Of a DNA stretch of 64,000 nt, positions 41,756 through 57,993 are shown piece after piece; position 1 is the first letter of the stretch; the number at the start of each line of letters is the position of its first letter. The position numbers and the translations under genes are program-made. The DNA comes from Chrysomallon squamiferum. Its lineage: Eukaryota > Animalia > Mollusca. The stretch covers positions 34,348,001 through 34,412,000 of the forward strand of contig CM022671.1 of assembly GCA_012295275.1 (NCBI GenBank), given 5' to 3'. The notes beneath the pieces are model-generated. The model was not told the DNA's origin. It made no database searches and saw only the letters and a program-made list of their open reading frames with translations.

Positions 41756-42138
41756 TTGCTTTGTTCCTGTTGTTCTTTTTTAATCTCGTTCAACTTTGAA
41801 AGCTGCAACTACCACAGTAACGACATCACCCACCCTTTTCTGCTATACGAACTGGCCTCTGTATATGTATATCTGTAACACGATATTGGACATAAGAGAG
41901 CTAACTATCCAGGCTGTTGTTTGCATAAACACACTTTCTTGTTAACCAGAATAACATACGCGACAATTCACAAATCCTCTTCTACTAGGGTTAAATATAA
42001 GGACAATTCATTTTACAGAGGTTGCCAAATAAAGTTATGGATTCGTATATGGACGGATGGAAGCTTGTGCAGTTGGTTCGATGAATGGATGCTTGGTAGA
42101 ACTGCTGCAGAATTAGATTCCTGGCATGCTGATAAACA

Positions 42139-42169
<31 letters not shown>

Positions 42170-42363
42170 TGGGTGGGTGAAAGAGAAAAAGAAAGAAAGA
42201 TTGATAGATATATATGCACAGAAATATATATATATATATACATAAATGTATGTATACACACACAGACAGTCATATATATACATAATATATATACACACAT
42301 GTATATAGAGAGAAAAATATGTGTGTATGATGTATGTATGTATCAATATGTGTGTGTGTATAT

Positions 42364-42474
<111 letters not shown>

Positions 42475-42905
42475 TGAGACCAGGACAATGCACGTACAAG
42501 TAAATAAACTTACCTCTAATCGTGGGGTAACTGAAATAACAGACGAAAGCACAGCTCTGTGTGAATATAATAGTACTGCAGACAGTACAGCGTGTTCACG
42601 TCTGAGATTTATTAACGCTGGTGTCGCTTACACGGCTCTTGCAGTTGATTTGGTGTTTTCATTCACACTCACGTGTTAATTGTCCAACATGTGTATCGCT
42701 TTTATTTCTCGTACAGCCTAGTATTCCAGCAACAATTATGAGACAGAGGAGGGGGGGAGGGAACTGAGAGAGAGAATAAAAGAAAGAACAAAGCGAAACA
42801 AAACAAAACGTATATATATATATATATATATATACGTAAATTAAAATTTTCATCCCTTCTTTTTTCATTTAATTGGAAACTTTCTTCTTATTATTTTTGT
42901 TGTTG

Positions 42906-42938
<33 letters not shown>

Positions 42939-43667
42939 GATTATTATTATTATTATTATTATTATTTGTTACTTTTACTGCCTTAAGCCTGAAGAATCCT
43001 GTGTAATTATATATTAGAGTTATTAGTCTATCCTGGTTAATGGTTCTAGCACGCCTGTTGTGATCAGATATATTTTATTCCAATGTTTATGACGATAAAG
43101 GTAACAGGAAAGCGAAGAATTAAACAGATAAATAACTTTTAAACAGTGTCAAGAAAGGAATTATTAGAAGAAAATGAATATTTTGTCAAACAATGAATTG
43201 TTTTTTTTTTTAAACTGAACATATTGTCAAAAAAATTAACACTTCTGTCAAAACTGAATGTAACGCTTTTTTTGTCAAAACAGTTATTTTCCTAACAGAT
43301 AAATGCTTCTGCCAAAACTGAATGCAATTCAGACATGTTTGTACTTAAGGTTCACACACGTCTGCTGTGGCCCATTTTCCGATCGTCTGAGCTATCTCAC
43401 AGTTAGTAGATTAGTAGCTAGATTAGTAACTGTCAGTCACGGCACACATCCTCATATCCGTCTTGTCACGCTATCTGTGTGTCTCAGCGGATACCGTCAA
43501 GCCGTCTGCTCTCCGTTCAACTCTCTTTTGTTTTTCATTAGTTTAAACTCTTAACTGGGCACAAGTAGACTAATCCGAGGAAGCGAGGATCTGATTTTTG
43601 TGCTGTTACAATTAACACATATATTCAGTCGATTCTGTAGTGTATGTGTCCACCAACGGAGGAATTA

Positions 43668-43699
<32 letters not shown>

Positions 43700-43847
43700 C
43701 TTTAATGTCTGACAAAAATGAAGAAGAAGTGTAAAGAATTCGTCTAGCTGTTAGTTATATGGAAGATCAAAGTTTGAATATCGTTTTGAGAGACAAAAAG
43801 AGAGTTAGATTAAAAATAAACAGAAAGAGAGTAACATACCCATATTC

Positions 43848-43933
<86 letters not shown>

Positions 43934-46401
43934 GCAAAGTAAGAAAGAGACAGAAAGGAACGCAATGACCAAACTGAAAACGCTTACTGATAAAAAGAAC
44001 ATCAAATCGATTTTTCTTTAAAATGTACACATTAATTAATTTTTACGGTAAACAATAAATAAATGGGGAAAAAAAGAAGGAACAATTAAATTAAAAGAAC
44101 GTCCTTAACACAATTTGGCTTCTCTGTTTAAAAAAGAAGAGAGTGTAAATATTGAATTACGTCTGATGTCGTTTTGATTGTTCGTTAAAAAGAAAACGTG
44201 GAACGATTTATTCTGATGAAACGCTGATTATAAAGGTTCTTTTAAACAAAGTAACTTCAAGAAACATTCCGTAATCAAAGCGTTATAAAGTGGGTAAAAA
44301 AAAAAAACCAGGGAAGATAATGATGATGTTGCATGGTCTATCATCCTATGCTAATTTTCTTTTATTCAATGTTTTATAAAAGCCTCGTTTTTCGCTTTAC
44401 TGTTTATGAAAAGGTTCATATAAAAAAAATATATATATTAGTCCGTCAGCAAAGAGCCTTATCTGTAACTTTTTGCAATTGCAAAACAACAAGAACAACA
44501 ACAACAAAAAAACGCCCAATAAAAATCATGTTTCCCCATGAATATTAGTCAATAAAAAAACAACAAAAAAAAAAAAACCTGATAGACAAGAAAATAAATA
44601 GAAAACCAAAATAAACAAGAAGTCAAATAGAAAAAATAAAAATTAAATAATCAACAAAAAACAAACAAAAAAGCAGACAAACAAATAAATATAATAAATA
44701 AAATATATTGTTTCATAAGATGAAAAAAAATATGAAATAGCTTTCGTCAACCTTTAGTCTGATGTTTTCGTTTTATTTTTCTCTCTTTCTTTCTCAGCTT
44801 TTTAAATTATTTTTTCTTCCGTTTCTATAATCTTTTTGGTGTATGAGTCTTTTTTCATAATTTTAAAATTAGTTTTTAGATGAACAATAATACTCTTGGG
44901 GGGGAAAAGAAAAGCTATTTCTGAAGTTTGAAAAAAGAAAGAAGAAATTAATTCTTGGTTTTCATCTTGGAAAATATGACTTTCAAAAAACTGAGGCAAA
45001 AATAGATTCTTTAACAAATTGAATTCTACGAAGACAGAGTATTTGGTAGAAACAGAATATGAATCGATAGTTCAGTCTTAGTTTCAGACTGAAGTACACT
45101 GTATTTAATAAAATATACCGTAGACAGATTTAACCAAAAAAATAATAATAATAAAAGAGACAGTCTGATAATGGATTATACGGAAATATATCAGAGAAAC
45201 AGTTGGGTGGAAATACAAAGGGATATTTTGAGAGAAAAAAAAAAGTCATTAGAAATATTACTTTATAAATAAAGTCTTTATGAAAGTAACATTGTAGGTA
45301 AAATACGTATATTCCTGTCTCTATGCAGGATGTATATATGTATGAATATATATGTGTGTATGTGTATGTGTGGGGGATCTTTGCTTTATGTAAATCTGTC
45401 TGTCTGTCTGTCTGTATGTATGTGTATGTGTGTGTTTAAGTATGCGTGTGTATGTAAGTTTGTGTGTATGTATGTATGTATGTATGTACGTAGATACGTA
45501 CATATGTATGTATATGTCACGTATGTACGTGTGTGTGTATATGAATGTATGTGCGTATCATTGTACATAACTACATACATGTTACCTACACACATTTGTA
45601 TGAACGGATGACAGCAGTTATTTTGCAACAAACATACGACATTTCCAATAACCATCTTTCGCAGAATACTGCAACTCCTTCACATCCTCTCAGCGCTTTC
45701 GTGTGGCATCTAACAGTTCGTCAGAGAAAACTTACGCCAGTGGAAAAAATTTCAATTTGTGTGATGCAGACAACGCAAATTGCAAAGGAGACAGATTTAA
45801 AAAAAAAAAAAAAAAAAACACGAACGTACCTGAAGGACAGTGTACTCGTATCTCAGTGGCTCGTTCAGGCTCAGTTTTCAGGGAACGGAGAGGCAGATGT
45901 TACAGATAACTGAACTGTGAGCTTCAGATTACGGTGGCGGTTGAGACGCAGGTGTTTTGCGTATTAATTACACGTGTGCAGTTCAAATGCAAACAGCAAC
46001 AAGGTAATTAACGTGCCCATTTGCATATCTGCAAATGTATTAGTTTATATATACATACGTACAAACATACATATATGTATAAACATGAATTTCTACGTAG
46101 AAATACACATCCATTGACCTATCCATCCAGCCATCCATCCATAATGCACACATCTATCCACCCATACAGTTGATTACTTTCTGTCAGTGAACTGCACATT
46201 GCTGTGAATGTCTGTAGGGTTTATTTATCGTGGTCATGTGTTAATTTACGTGTTGACTGAGCACTCGTAACTCAATCAAGGCGGCATCTTGCATGTTTTG
46301 AATAAATAATGTACATCTCTCCGAGACACGACTGTAAGATCCGAGTTTACCAAACACAACACAAAGACCTCAGCCACGCTGACAGAAAAAAACACTTGCA
46401 G

Positions 46402-46404
<3 letters not shown>

Positions 46405-46498
<94 letters not shown>

Positions 46499-46525
46499 TA
46501 GACAGACAGGCAGACAGAGACAGAC

Positions 46526-46560
<35 letters not shown>

Positions 46561-46740
46561 GGGAGAGAGAATGAGAGAGACACAGAGAGACAGACAGAGA
46601 GAAAGAGAGAGACAGAGAGACAGAGAGAACGAGGGAGAGAGAAAGAGAGAGACACAGAGAGATACAGAGAGAAAGAGAGAGACAGAGAGACAGAGAGAGA
46701 CACAGAGAAGAGAAAGACAGAGACAGAGACAGAGAGAGTC

Positions 46741-46785
<45 letters not shown>
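46405..46785. repeat. (AG)n/(AGAC)n compound microsatellite
   Basis: Visible directly; one of many AG/TC tracts (e.g. 4815, 8247, 18740, 22783, 29045, 42367, 47701, 48811, 57895, 61827). Confidence 0.9.
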
Positions 46786-46787
<2 letters not shown>

Positions 46788-47700
46788 GAAAGAATATATA
46801 TAATAGAAAGGTACAAAAGAACCAAAAAGTATGATAAATAATAAATGAAGTCATTCTGTTGTTTGACTGGATTCAATTGGAAGGCATCACCACTCGGAAA
46901 TTAAAAAAGCTATTTATGGAAATGCATTCAGCTGTTCTGGATTAAACAATCTTATACAGTGAGACCTTTTTATAACGCTGTCTCCGTGTTTCGCCCAGCA
47001 AATGCTTGACATATAACTAAACAAAAATGTATTTCTCTATATATAAATTTACCACACAGTATTCATCATCTGTCAATAGCTTAGGCCGACACACTTTTAT
47101 ACAAATGTAAAATAAAATTACCTGATAAACCTCCACCAGCTTATCATATCCATGATTATACAGTATATATATATATTTTAAATATACAGCTATTTTATAA
47201 AAGTTCAGAGGACATAAGCTTGACATATCATCACCGAAAATTCATAATCTAATTTTAACTCGTTATATCATCCAATTTGCTAAAACGTATGAATCATTTG
47301 AACATCAATAAGGGCCTCATAACTAAAAATGGTTTGAGCTAACATTAGGGTATTTTTAAGCGAGAACTAAAACTTGGTTCTATAGTAATTTGTTATTTCA
47401 GAAAGACCATTCAGCTCGTAAAAGAATGATCCGAGCCCCAGTGTCGCCGTTAGGAAAAGGTTTGACTGTAGTTACTCGAGTTCGATGTATTCCATTAGTG
47501 TCAGAAGACAAGTTAGCTGGTGTATGTGCAATAATAAAGCTAACAGTCTATTACAATAATTAGATGAAACGTCTGAAACGATCGCACGGTTCATAGCGTG
47601 ATGTCAGTAAAGAGGAAAAAATGAAATTGTTTACTGCTAACAGAAACAACGTTTATTGATAGATGGGAAAGGAGAGTGTATGTTTAGCTGTGAAGACGAT

Positions 47701-47903
<203 letters not shown>

Positions 47904-48453
47904 GAGAGAGAGAGAGAATGTCAGAGATACCGAGATCGTCAGAAAAACAAAACTAAAAAAGACGGAGAAGAAGTAACAGCGAGAGAGAAAGACGTACAAA
48001 ACAATGCATTTTTATTTCCTAGCTTTCATCACTAATGTCAAACTCATCGTCCGGTGCGGATTGTGAAATACTTCAGGATATAAATAATTAAACTGGTTAC
48101 ACATTTTAGTATTATAATTTTCAGATAGTACAAAACACCGAGTCATGAATCCCAGGTCATAACGATCTGTATTTAACCTTCACTGGGGCCATATCTGTAC
48201 AGGTCACTACCAGGAAGAGCTAAATGAACTGCAAGAAATGAGTTATGAGTCGATGTGTGTGACTGAACAAATATTTCTATAAGAGCTCCGATAATTAATT
48301 ATCAGTGACACGAGACTAGGTAAAATCCTTAACAGTAACACATAATAACATCACCAACAACAACAAGGACTACAACTACTACTAGTATTACTACTGCTAA
48401 TACTACAACTACCACCACCACCAACACCACAACTACCACTACTACTACTACTT

Positions 48454-48521
<68 letters not shown>

Positions 48522-48809
48522 TCACTATCTTACTACTTCTACTAATGCTACTGCTACCACGAATATAGTCAATGCTTCTACTATTGCGAATATAATAATA
48601 TATAAGCAGTTACTTTCTTGGTCGATTTATTTCTCCATTTCTCCATTTACTAATACTAATAATATATTTTTTTTCTTTTTCTATAATCGATATCATTTCA
48701 TTACTGCAAACCTCGTCGTTAAAGAAAACCAAGGAAAACCAAAGAAATCTTTAACTAACTGACCCATTTTCATCATGAAATAAAATCTTCAGGGTATTGA
48801 CCGAAATTT

Positions 48810-48926
<117 letters not shown>

Positions 48927-49129
48927 GTATATATATATAGATATATATAAAGATCTTTTTTTTACTAAAATATTCTTAGAAATATTATCGTCAGTACATA
49001 ACTTCTTATGGTAGCTGATAATACTATTCTAACAGAATCTAAAGTTGGGAAATAATAAAATATTAAACAAGTAAAACACAATGTTATTTTTAGAGACGGC
49101 TATTCTGTTGTTTTGAATCACAAATGAAC

Positions 49130-49240
<111 letters not shown>

Positions 49241-49684
49241 ATAATTATATGTAATAAAACCTCTGTGGCACTTTAAAAAAAAAAAAAAAATAAAAAAAAT
49301 AAAAGATAATACCACACTTAAGTATCTGGAGTGATATCTCATGTTATGTTTTTTTATTGTTTGTACAGGCACCAAGTGATAAGGTGAAAATATTAAACAG
49401 AAAAGTAAACAAGTAAGAAAGAAATATGAATAGAGCCAGTGTGAGAACGTTTTCAGATACCGTTTGAAAGACTGGTAAGACATAACAATTTGAAATATTC
49501 AGAGATAGAAAGATTAAGATAGAACTTAGAAAGAAAGAAAGACGATAAATAACAGATTACAAAAAGAGAAATTAAGACGATAGATTCTTGAAAAATTATA
49601 TTCAACTCTAACTTACTGCTGTTAAAAAAAAGAAATATATATATATATCTATAACTTTTTCATAAATATGTTGTTACTATTATA

Positions 49685-49722
<38 letters not shown>

Positions 49723-49784
49723 TATTGTTGTTGTTATTATTAGTTTTAATACAAAACAGTAAAACTAACAACAACAACAACAAC

Positions 49785-49856
<72 letters not shown>

Positions 49857-50311
49857 ACAGTTATGAAAAAAGTTATATCCTGTTTCACACACTCTGTAAT
49901 TATGTCAGTACTGCAATACCTACAATAACCTCTTTTACGTTCTGTTATATTACATATTTAGAATTTGAAAATTTATAAAACCTTTTATATAATATATATT
50001 AAAGACGACTGAAATGTTTCTACAAAATCGACATACCTGGTTGTTGTGTGCTTCCGCTGTTGATCTGATGAATCTCTCTGGTCAAGTGAGTGCGGAAACT
50101 ACTGTCAAAATTTCGAGTTCAAAGAAGAACGGGAAATCCGAGATGAATTATGTGACGTCATCAGATCAAGATGTGTCTTCACTGCAAGGGCAGAAACATT
50201 ACTGGTTTCAGTTACGTGCGTTACGTAAGTCAGAGACACACACAAACTGACAGACAGACAGACAGACAGCTATGAGTCAGGATAAAAATGTGTATAATTT
50301 GAAACAGAGTG

Positions 50312-50403
<92 letters not shown>

Positions 50404-52076
50404 AAAACAATTACGGAATAAAAATTGTTATTATTATTATTATTGTTGTTGTTGTTATTACTTTTATTTAGTAGTAGTAGAAGTATCATTATAATTTTCA
50501 TTATCATTATCATTATTATCATCTTCATGCTGATTATTGCTAACCCTGTTATTACAACAAGAACAACAACAACAACAACTACTACTACTACTACTACTAC
50601 TACATTATTATCATCATCGTTATTATGGTGTCATTATGATTAATGTACGCATATTTATCTTCGACCCGGACACGGAAAAGGGCAGGCAGGTATTTAAGAT
50701 ATTCATATTATTACAACAGATAACACAACCTGTAACGAACCCTCCTGTTCACTGTCAAGTAAGTGCACTTTCAGTTTGCAGTGTAATTATCCACAATAAC
50801 AACTCGTAACACGAACCATCGCTGATAGTGCTTGTTCGGATCATGGAGGAATTTAAGTTCCTGACGAAAGTAAAACATCCGTGTTCTTCAATCTGAATTC
50901 GTTTTATAGGGGTGAAATCGAATTTCCTTTTATTTAATAAAAACATTCAAGCACTTCGTTTTAATTATCCATCACATAATTCTCGTTTACAGTTTTTCAA
51001 AAGAGACTCCTTTCATTTCTCATTATTAGTATCAGTCCGACAGCTTACCACGCTGTATTCGAGGGAACGCTCTTGGAGTAGTTTCCAGAACGAGAAATAA
51101 TCCGCATAGCGTTTAGTGTGAATCGATCCCGAATATAACAGGTTTCTTTTTGAGTGCTGTAGAGCTGGTTAGGTCCGTTCAATTCAGTCGCATAAAGTCA
51201 AAGAAAGTTTATAATTTTGTTTTGTGTGTCTCTGTAAATACGATCTACTTCTATAGAAATCTCTTACACGTACCACATGGCATGTGACATCGGTCACGTG
51301 ATTTGAAACTGTTAGGAGATTGCTCAGTAATATTCCAGATGGTATTACAACTACAGCAACAACAACAGCTACTACTACTATTAGAAGTACAACTAACGCT
51401 GCTACACTACTACTGCTTTGATTGCTGCTGCAACTACTAATACTACTGTTATTATTATTATTATTACTACAAATAATACTACAGAGAAAGAGAGAGAGGG
51501 GGTATTTGATTTACAGAGTTGTATAAGATTTACATTTATAAACTTACTGTAGCGCACGAAGGAAAAAGTTATATATTTTTCAAACAAATAAAACCTCTAC
51601 TTTACATTATAAGAAAAATTAAAGCTTTGCTTAGAATCTTTGCTTTATAATGCATTTTTTACAATGTATTATACAATACAATGCAATACTATAAAGTAAC
51701 ATTATCTGCTTACGCTACATTACATGCACTGTACATCGTAATACACCATTAGATAACCTCTGTAACAGAGAGTTTAAGATTGCACTGCAACGTGATATAG
51801 ACTGCTGATCTGTGCTACAACCCTTTGCATGCCACGCAGTTGTTGTCGGTCCATCATTTCTAGACAATTTTCATGCACGCGAAAACCACTTAACTTCCCA
51901 GCCAGCCTATTGCGTAAGAAGTAAAGGTCAAAATAAAGCATACTTTCCTAATGTAACAGATCAGTGTATACTTCGAAATCAACACGGGTGTTTCTTCAAG
52001 AAGAAGAAGAAAAAGAAGAAGGGAAACAGGTGAAATTAGACAAAAATAAAAATACATAGATACATAGATACATACA

Positions 52077-52107
<31 letters not shown>

Positions 52108-53300
52108 TGAGCGAGAGAGAGAGTCGGTATGGTGCGTCTATCCGAACGGAGTAAAATAAAATAAGAACGAAACAGGGGAAAATGGAGTTAGCTATAGAAG
52201 AAAGAAAGAAAAACGAATCGATGACAAACATTGATAAAGTTACAAGGATTTACTACTTGAGTGGAGAAATTTAAAGAATTCTTTACGTCATCACGAGAAA
52301 GCTTTATACATCGATTAGCGTAGGAGAACAGACAGCGATTCAAAGGTTATGAGAAGGATACCTCGTGATACTTGATAGAGCGCTTGTGAAAATAATCAAA
52401 TGTAAATTATTAGTGTGTTTATGGAATATTCTTTTGAAGCTTCATTATTTATCTGCGTGATCTTTTCACAGAGAATCCAGTTTATGCAAAGAATGGGAAA
52501 TATAATATTTTACTATTCTTCTTTTTTCTTAAGTGAATATTCTTTTTCACGGTTTCAAATTCAGACGTATAATAATGTTGTATAGAAACTTGAAGTCAAA
52601 CGATCATTTCGTTAGAAACTGAGAATAAAATATTGAGAAATAAATTCTTTGTGATTCCGGCGCCCCATAGTTGGGCCATTTACTGTATCAGCCAGATTTT
52701 TTGCGACTTGTATGACAAACTTCCTTGATCTATGGTTTCCCATCCATAATAAGCTATATGTAAAAGCTTTCAAGCTGTTAAGTATTTACAGTCGACCATG
52801 AAGTGACGATGGCGGATTTCCTTTTCATATTTCATAATTAAACAAAATCGATCTGCCTAAACGTTCACACCAGAAAGCGTCGTGATGTTAAATATTCATT
52901 TCGCTCAGTCCTGCATGCTAACGTCTTTTCACTACGAAAACTCTACCTCGACATCGCATTAATGCTGTGTTATCTACTTGAGTAATCGCATCCGAAAAGA
53001 TGTTAAGAACAAACACACGCAACTCGCTGGACGTATTTCGTTTATGTAAATCGAATCAATTGCGCGGCTGACTTCGATATATTTGTCAATCGGTGAGCGC
53101 TGTCGCAGAAATTGGATAGTGGACCTTAGGGAGTTTAAACTGAAAAACGAATTTCCGGGATGCCGTGTTGGAATGTGTATATGTGATGACTAGAGGGATT
53201 TGCTGATGGAGAGTTGCGAGTTTGTCCGTGATGGAAGTCATAAAGAGTCAAATCTCGCCAGGATCTGAGTTGGACGAGATGCAAAAGATGAATGGAGTGA

Positions 53301-53567
<267 letters not shown>

Positions 53568-55043
53568 ATGGATTAAAGTAGTGCGGGTAGATAAATCTAA
53601 AAGGAGGTGGAAGATAAAAGGAGGAAAGCTGAATAGAATGAAGTAGAAGGAATGACGGAAACAAGCGGACACTAAAGATAAATGGAATAAAAAAATCGGA
53701 GATGAATAGAGGGAACGAAGAAGGAGGAGGAATGAAGAATGCAGACATGAATAGAAGGAATGATTAAGGCGAGGGAATGAAAAATGGGAGAGATGTTTGG
53801 ATTAAATGAGAGAGCAGTGAACATAGAGAGTCTGTCTGTTTACGATGTTTGTCATCAGAGAAAAAAAAGTAAAATAATTATTGAATAGGAAAATGAAAGA
53901 AAAAACAAAATCTTAAAAAACAGTGACATAGAAAAAAAACCCGAAAACCCCCCACATACAAACAAAATAAAAAAACAAACAAACAAAAAAAAAAAAAAAA
54001 ACAAATAGAATCTGTTCATAAATACAAATAAATAAATTGAGACAAGTAACATTTATGTATTTCGAAACAGTCATGAATAACTAACCTGCTTTGATTGACA
54101 ACCCCAAAATATCAAGCATACATCGGCAAACTTTGGCATAAAAAAAAAAAAAAGTATAAAAACAAAAATAAAGAAAAAGAAATATTAAGACAGCAAAAAA
54201 AAAAAAAACCAATAAAAAATGAAAGAAGATAAAAGATGATAGCAAAATATGCATCATGGATTGAAAGTCTTGGCGTATCAGACGCAGTATTTGTTGTGAA
54301 TCTTTGGCTAGAAAGGTTTTCAGTTTTATAAAACGTGTCAGTAATCCTTTAAACTTTAATATAGCCGTCATTTTGAAGTGTTGAAAAACAAAGAAATAGT
54401 TGAAAAAAAAAAAAAAAGATTTTTCAGCCAAAGAAAATAAATAACGATGAGATTTACTGAAATTTAAAATTTTAAAGTAAGAAAGACAATAACAGTAATA
54501 AAATACGGACATTATTTTGATTTGTTTTATTAATTAAATAATTTGGAAAGGTGTTTTTTTTTGAATGTATGTATGTATGTATGTATGTATGTATGTATGT
54601 ATGTATGTATGAAGATCAAATAAAATTTTATATTAACTTCTTAAAAGAAAATGAATGTGTACATATGGCAATATTCTCATCTAAAGAATAAAATATTTTT
54701 TTCCAGATTTTATAGAAATATCTAAAGCATATCTTGTAAGGAAACTTTTAAAATTTTATGTGTTCTAGAAATATTTAAAATAAATATGTATTCTAGAAAT
54801 AACAATATAAATCTGCAATTTAGAAAGTTTTAAAATAAATATGTATTCCAGGAATATTCTAGAAACATAAAACAAATACGTATTCTAGGATGATTTTAGC
54901 AAGAGATATGAAACGTGATTCACCACGCTATGGAAAGGTTTTAATAATTAATCTTGCTGTTAATTAATAAGAGTATCCAATGATATTATTGTAGCGAGTT
55001 GCCTCTACCATATCATTAGTCAAAAAAAAAAAAAAAAAAAAAA

Positions 55044-55095
<52 letters not shown>

Positions 55096-55877
55096 ATAAA
55101 TAAATAAAATATCGATAACGCAGTTGTTTTTTTCTTTCAGTCATTCTTATTTCGGTACTTGTGTATCTGATGTTTATATCAACGTTGATCAATATTAACA
55201 GGTGTTTGCTAATAAAATATATATTATGTTTGGCATATGTCACATAGCCATCCTGTTCCAAAGTGTTTTATAGTTTTCCGTTTTAAATGCATGTTAAAAT
55301 AAGCGTTTTATATCAATATTTATTTATTTTATTATTATTATTTATTATTATGATTATTATTTATTTATTTATTTATTTATTTATTCATTTATTCATCATT
55401 CGTTCTTTTGTATGTACGTTCTTTTGTTTGTTTAATTTAAGTAAATTTATTCTTTTGTCTTTGCTTATAAATGTATCAGAACTGTAGGTTTTCTAATTAA
55501 TTGAGGTGCAAGAAATCACGAGTTAAACCTCACTAGTTTCGACTCTTCAAAGCATTACCTCATGCAAGCAAATTAAATATAGATGATGGCAGCCATGGCA
55601 ACCAAAATACAGAATAATAAAATCCAGTTTCATAGAGGAGGAGGAAGATAATCGATGGCTTCTACATCACTGAAAAATCTTCATTATTCATTAACAGTTC
55701 ATTAGTTATTATTATTTTTTTTTTTTTTTTTCGTGTTGATAATTATTAGTAATTAATTAATTGATTATAATTCGTATCGCCTAAGGAACAGAGAGAGAGA
55801 GACACACATACACACACACACACACATTTTGCACAGTGACCAAGATATATATTAAATATTGTAAAAAGTTTGGAGGT

Positions 55878-55944
<67 letters not shown>

Positions 55945-56346
55945 TGACAGATATAGATACAGAGAAACAAAGACAAGCAGATAGAAAAAAAAAAAAAAAA
56001 TAAAAATAAAATGAAGTAAAATAATTAAAAAAAGAAATATACACAGATCAGTTCAACATTATAGAATCTAAAATCGCCTCAAGATGCGACTATGAAAAAA
56101 AAAGTATCGCCTGACAGCTGGTTAAATGAAATAATTAATTCGATTTCCATGTTGCAAATAACGTGTCAACTAGTGACATAGTGACATTTCTGCATGATCA
56201 AAACACTTGACAGACTACACAGAGACAGAGAAGGAGGGGAAACAGAAACAGAGACAGACAGACAGACAGAGAGACGGAGAGAAAGAAAGATACAAAGAGA
56301 TTTCAAAAAGCGAGAGAAGGAGAGATAAAAAGAGAGAGAGAGAGAG

Positions 56347-56388
<42 letters not shown>

Positions 56389-56686
56389 ATTTCAATCGAA
56401 ACGGATCAATAAACAACAGAAGTGGTGTGACGGAAATAGACGATTCCACGCTAACGAAAACATTCATTAACCAATCAAAATACCGATAACAAAAACAAGG
56501 TTATGTCATTCCTGAAAACGACGCATCCATTAACGGAAAACGATATTCACCTGAAATCTGACAACGGGAAAGGAATGGAATATCAATACATTTTAATACG
56601 ACTGTTATTTGTTGTCCATTCTGTGATTTTCACGATGATAGTAATATTACACAGGGAAACTAATGTAGTCCTTTTGACTAAAATCA

Positions 56687-56764
<78 letters not shown>

Positions 56765-56821
56765 ATCTATATTTATTTATCTTTATTCATTAATTTATTA
56801 TTATTATTCTTATTCTTCTTC

Positions 56822-56865
<44 letters not shown>

Positions 56866-57892
56866 GTTTTTGTTGTTGTTTGTTGTTGTTGTTTTTTCAA
56901 TTTCTTCTTCTTCTTCTTCTTCTTCGGTTGCTGATGTTATTATTATCAACTTTTAAATATCATAAATTTATCACTTTCTTCTACTGCTTCTACTTACTAC
57001 CACTGCTTACATCTTTACTGCCGCTACTACTTACTTACTACTACTTTTACTACTATTCCTAAAACTTTATTTTAATTTCCTATTATTTTCGTAAGTAAAC
57101 GTATTATTTCGTTTTATTTTCCGTTACATTCACCTGAATTAATCCTCCGTTGCCAGAAGATATTTTTTTGTTTGTTTGTTTTTGTTTTGTTTTTTATTCA
57201 TATGTTTAATAAATTGTTTACGGAGCTCTATTTGGAACGGAAAACTTGACAACTGTTTCATCTAGTAGAACTGATCCTGACATCTTACACAGCCCGGACG
57301 ATATTAAAACTACAGAGTAACATCCCAGACTCAATAGTCTGAAGGGAAGCGTTATTAATGTGTTTCTAAAGATTTTTTTTTTTTTTTTTTTCTATTTGAA
57401 ATCCTGATATATATTTCTGACCCTCGACTTTGACATTTGATTTCGTTAAAACCAGCCTTCGTGGCGGGGCCAAAGAAAGTTTCCATTGTTTATCTCCCTT
57501 GAACTGTCTTTTTAAAAAATATTCATCTTCGACTCCTCTTTTCAGTATGTGTAAGACAGTAATTAAATTTCCTCTTCTTCTTTTCTTTAAACACGTATCT
57601 GTCGGTGAGACGATCTGAACGCCTACGAGAAGTGAAACCCTCTTATCGACTTCCTGGTTCCGCCCCAGTGTCTCCGTGTTTGCTTTAGAAAGCTCGTTTC
57701 ACGAAGTTAATTTGTAAGAAAGTTGCTATTAATTATCTTTATCTCGTCTGCTCAGATTAATAAGGCGAAATCTCCGCGTAGTAAAATCGAAGATAAGTAA
57801 ATTAAAGCGACATCGGTGGTCTTAATGATTACAGAAATGTCGGGTTTGTGTGGGTGGAGGGGTATTTGAGAAATAGATACATAGAGGGACAA

Positions 57893-57993
<101 letters not shown>

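Noticed and set aside
47405-47500. Possible tRNA-derived SINE head (gagttcgat)
   Set aside because: Imperfect B-box, no cloverleaf and no clear A-box spacing.
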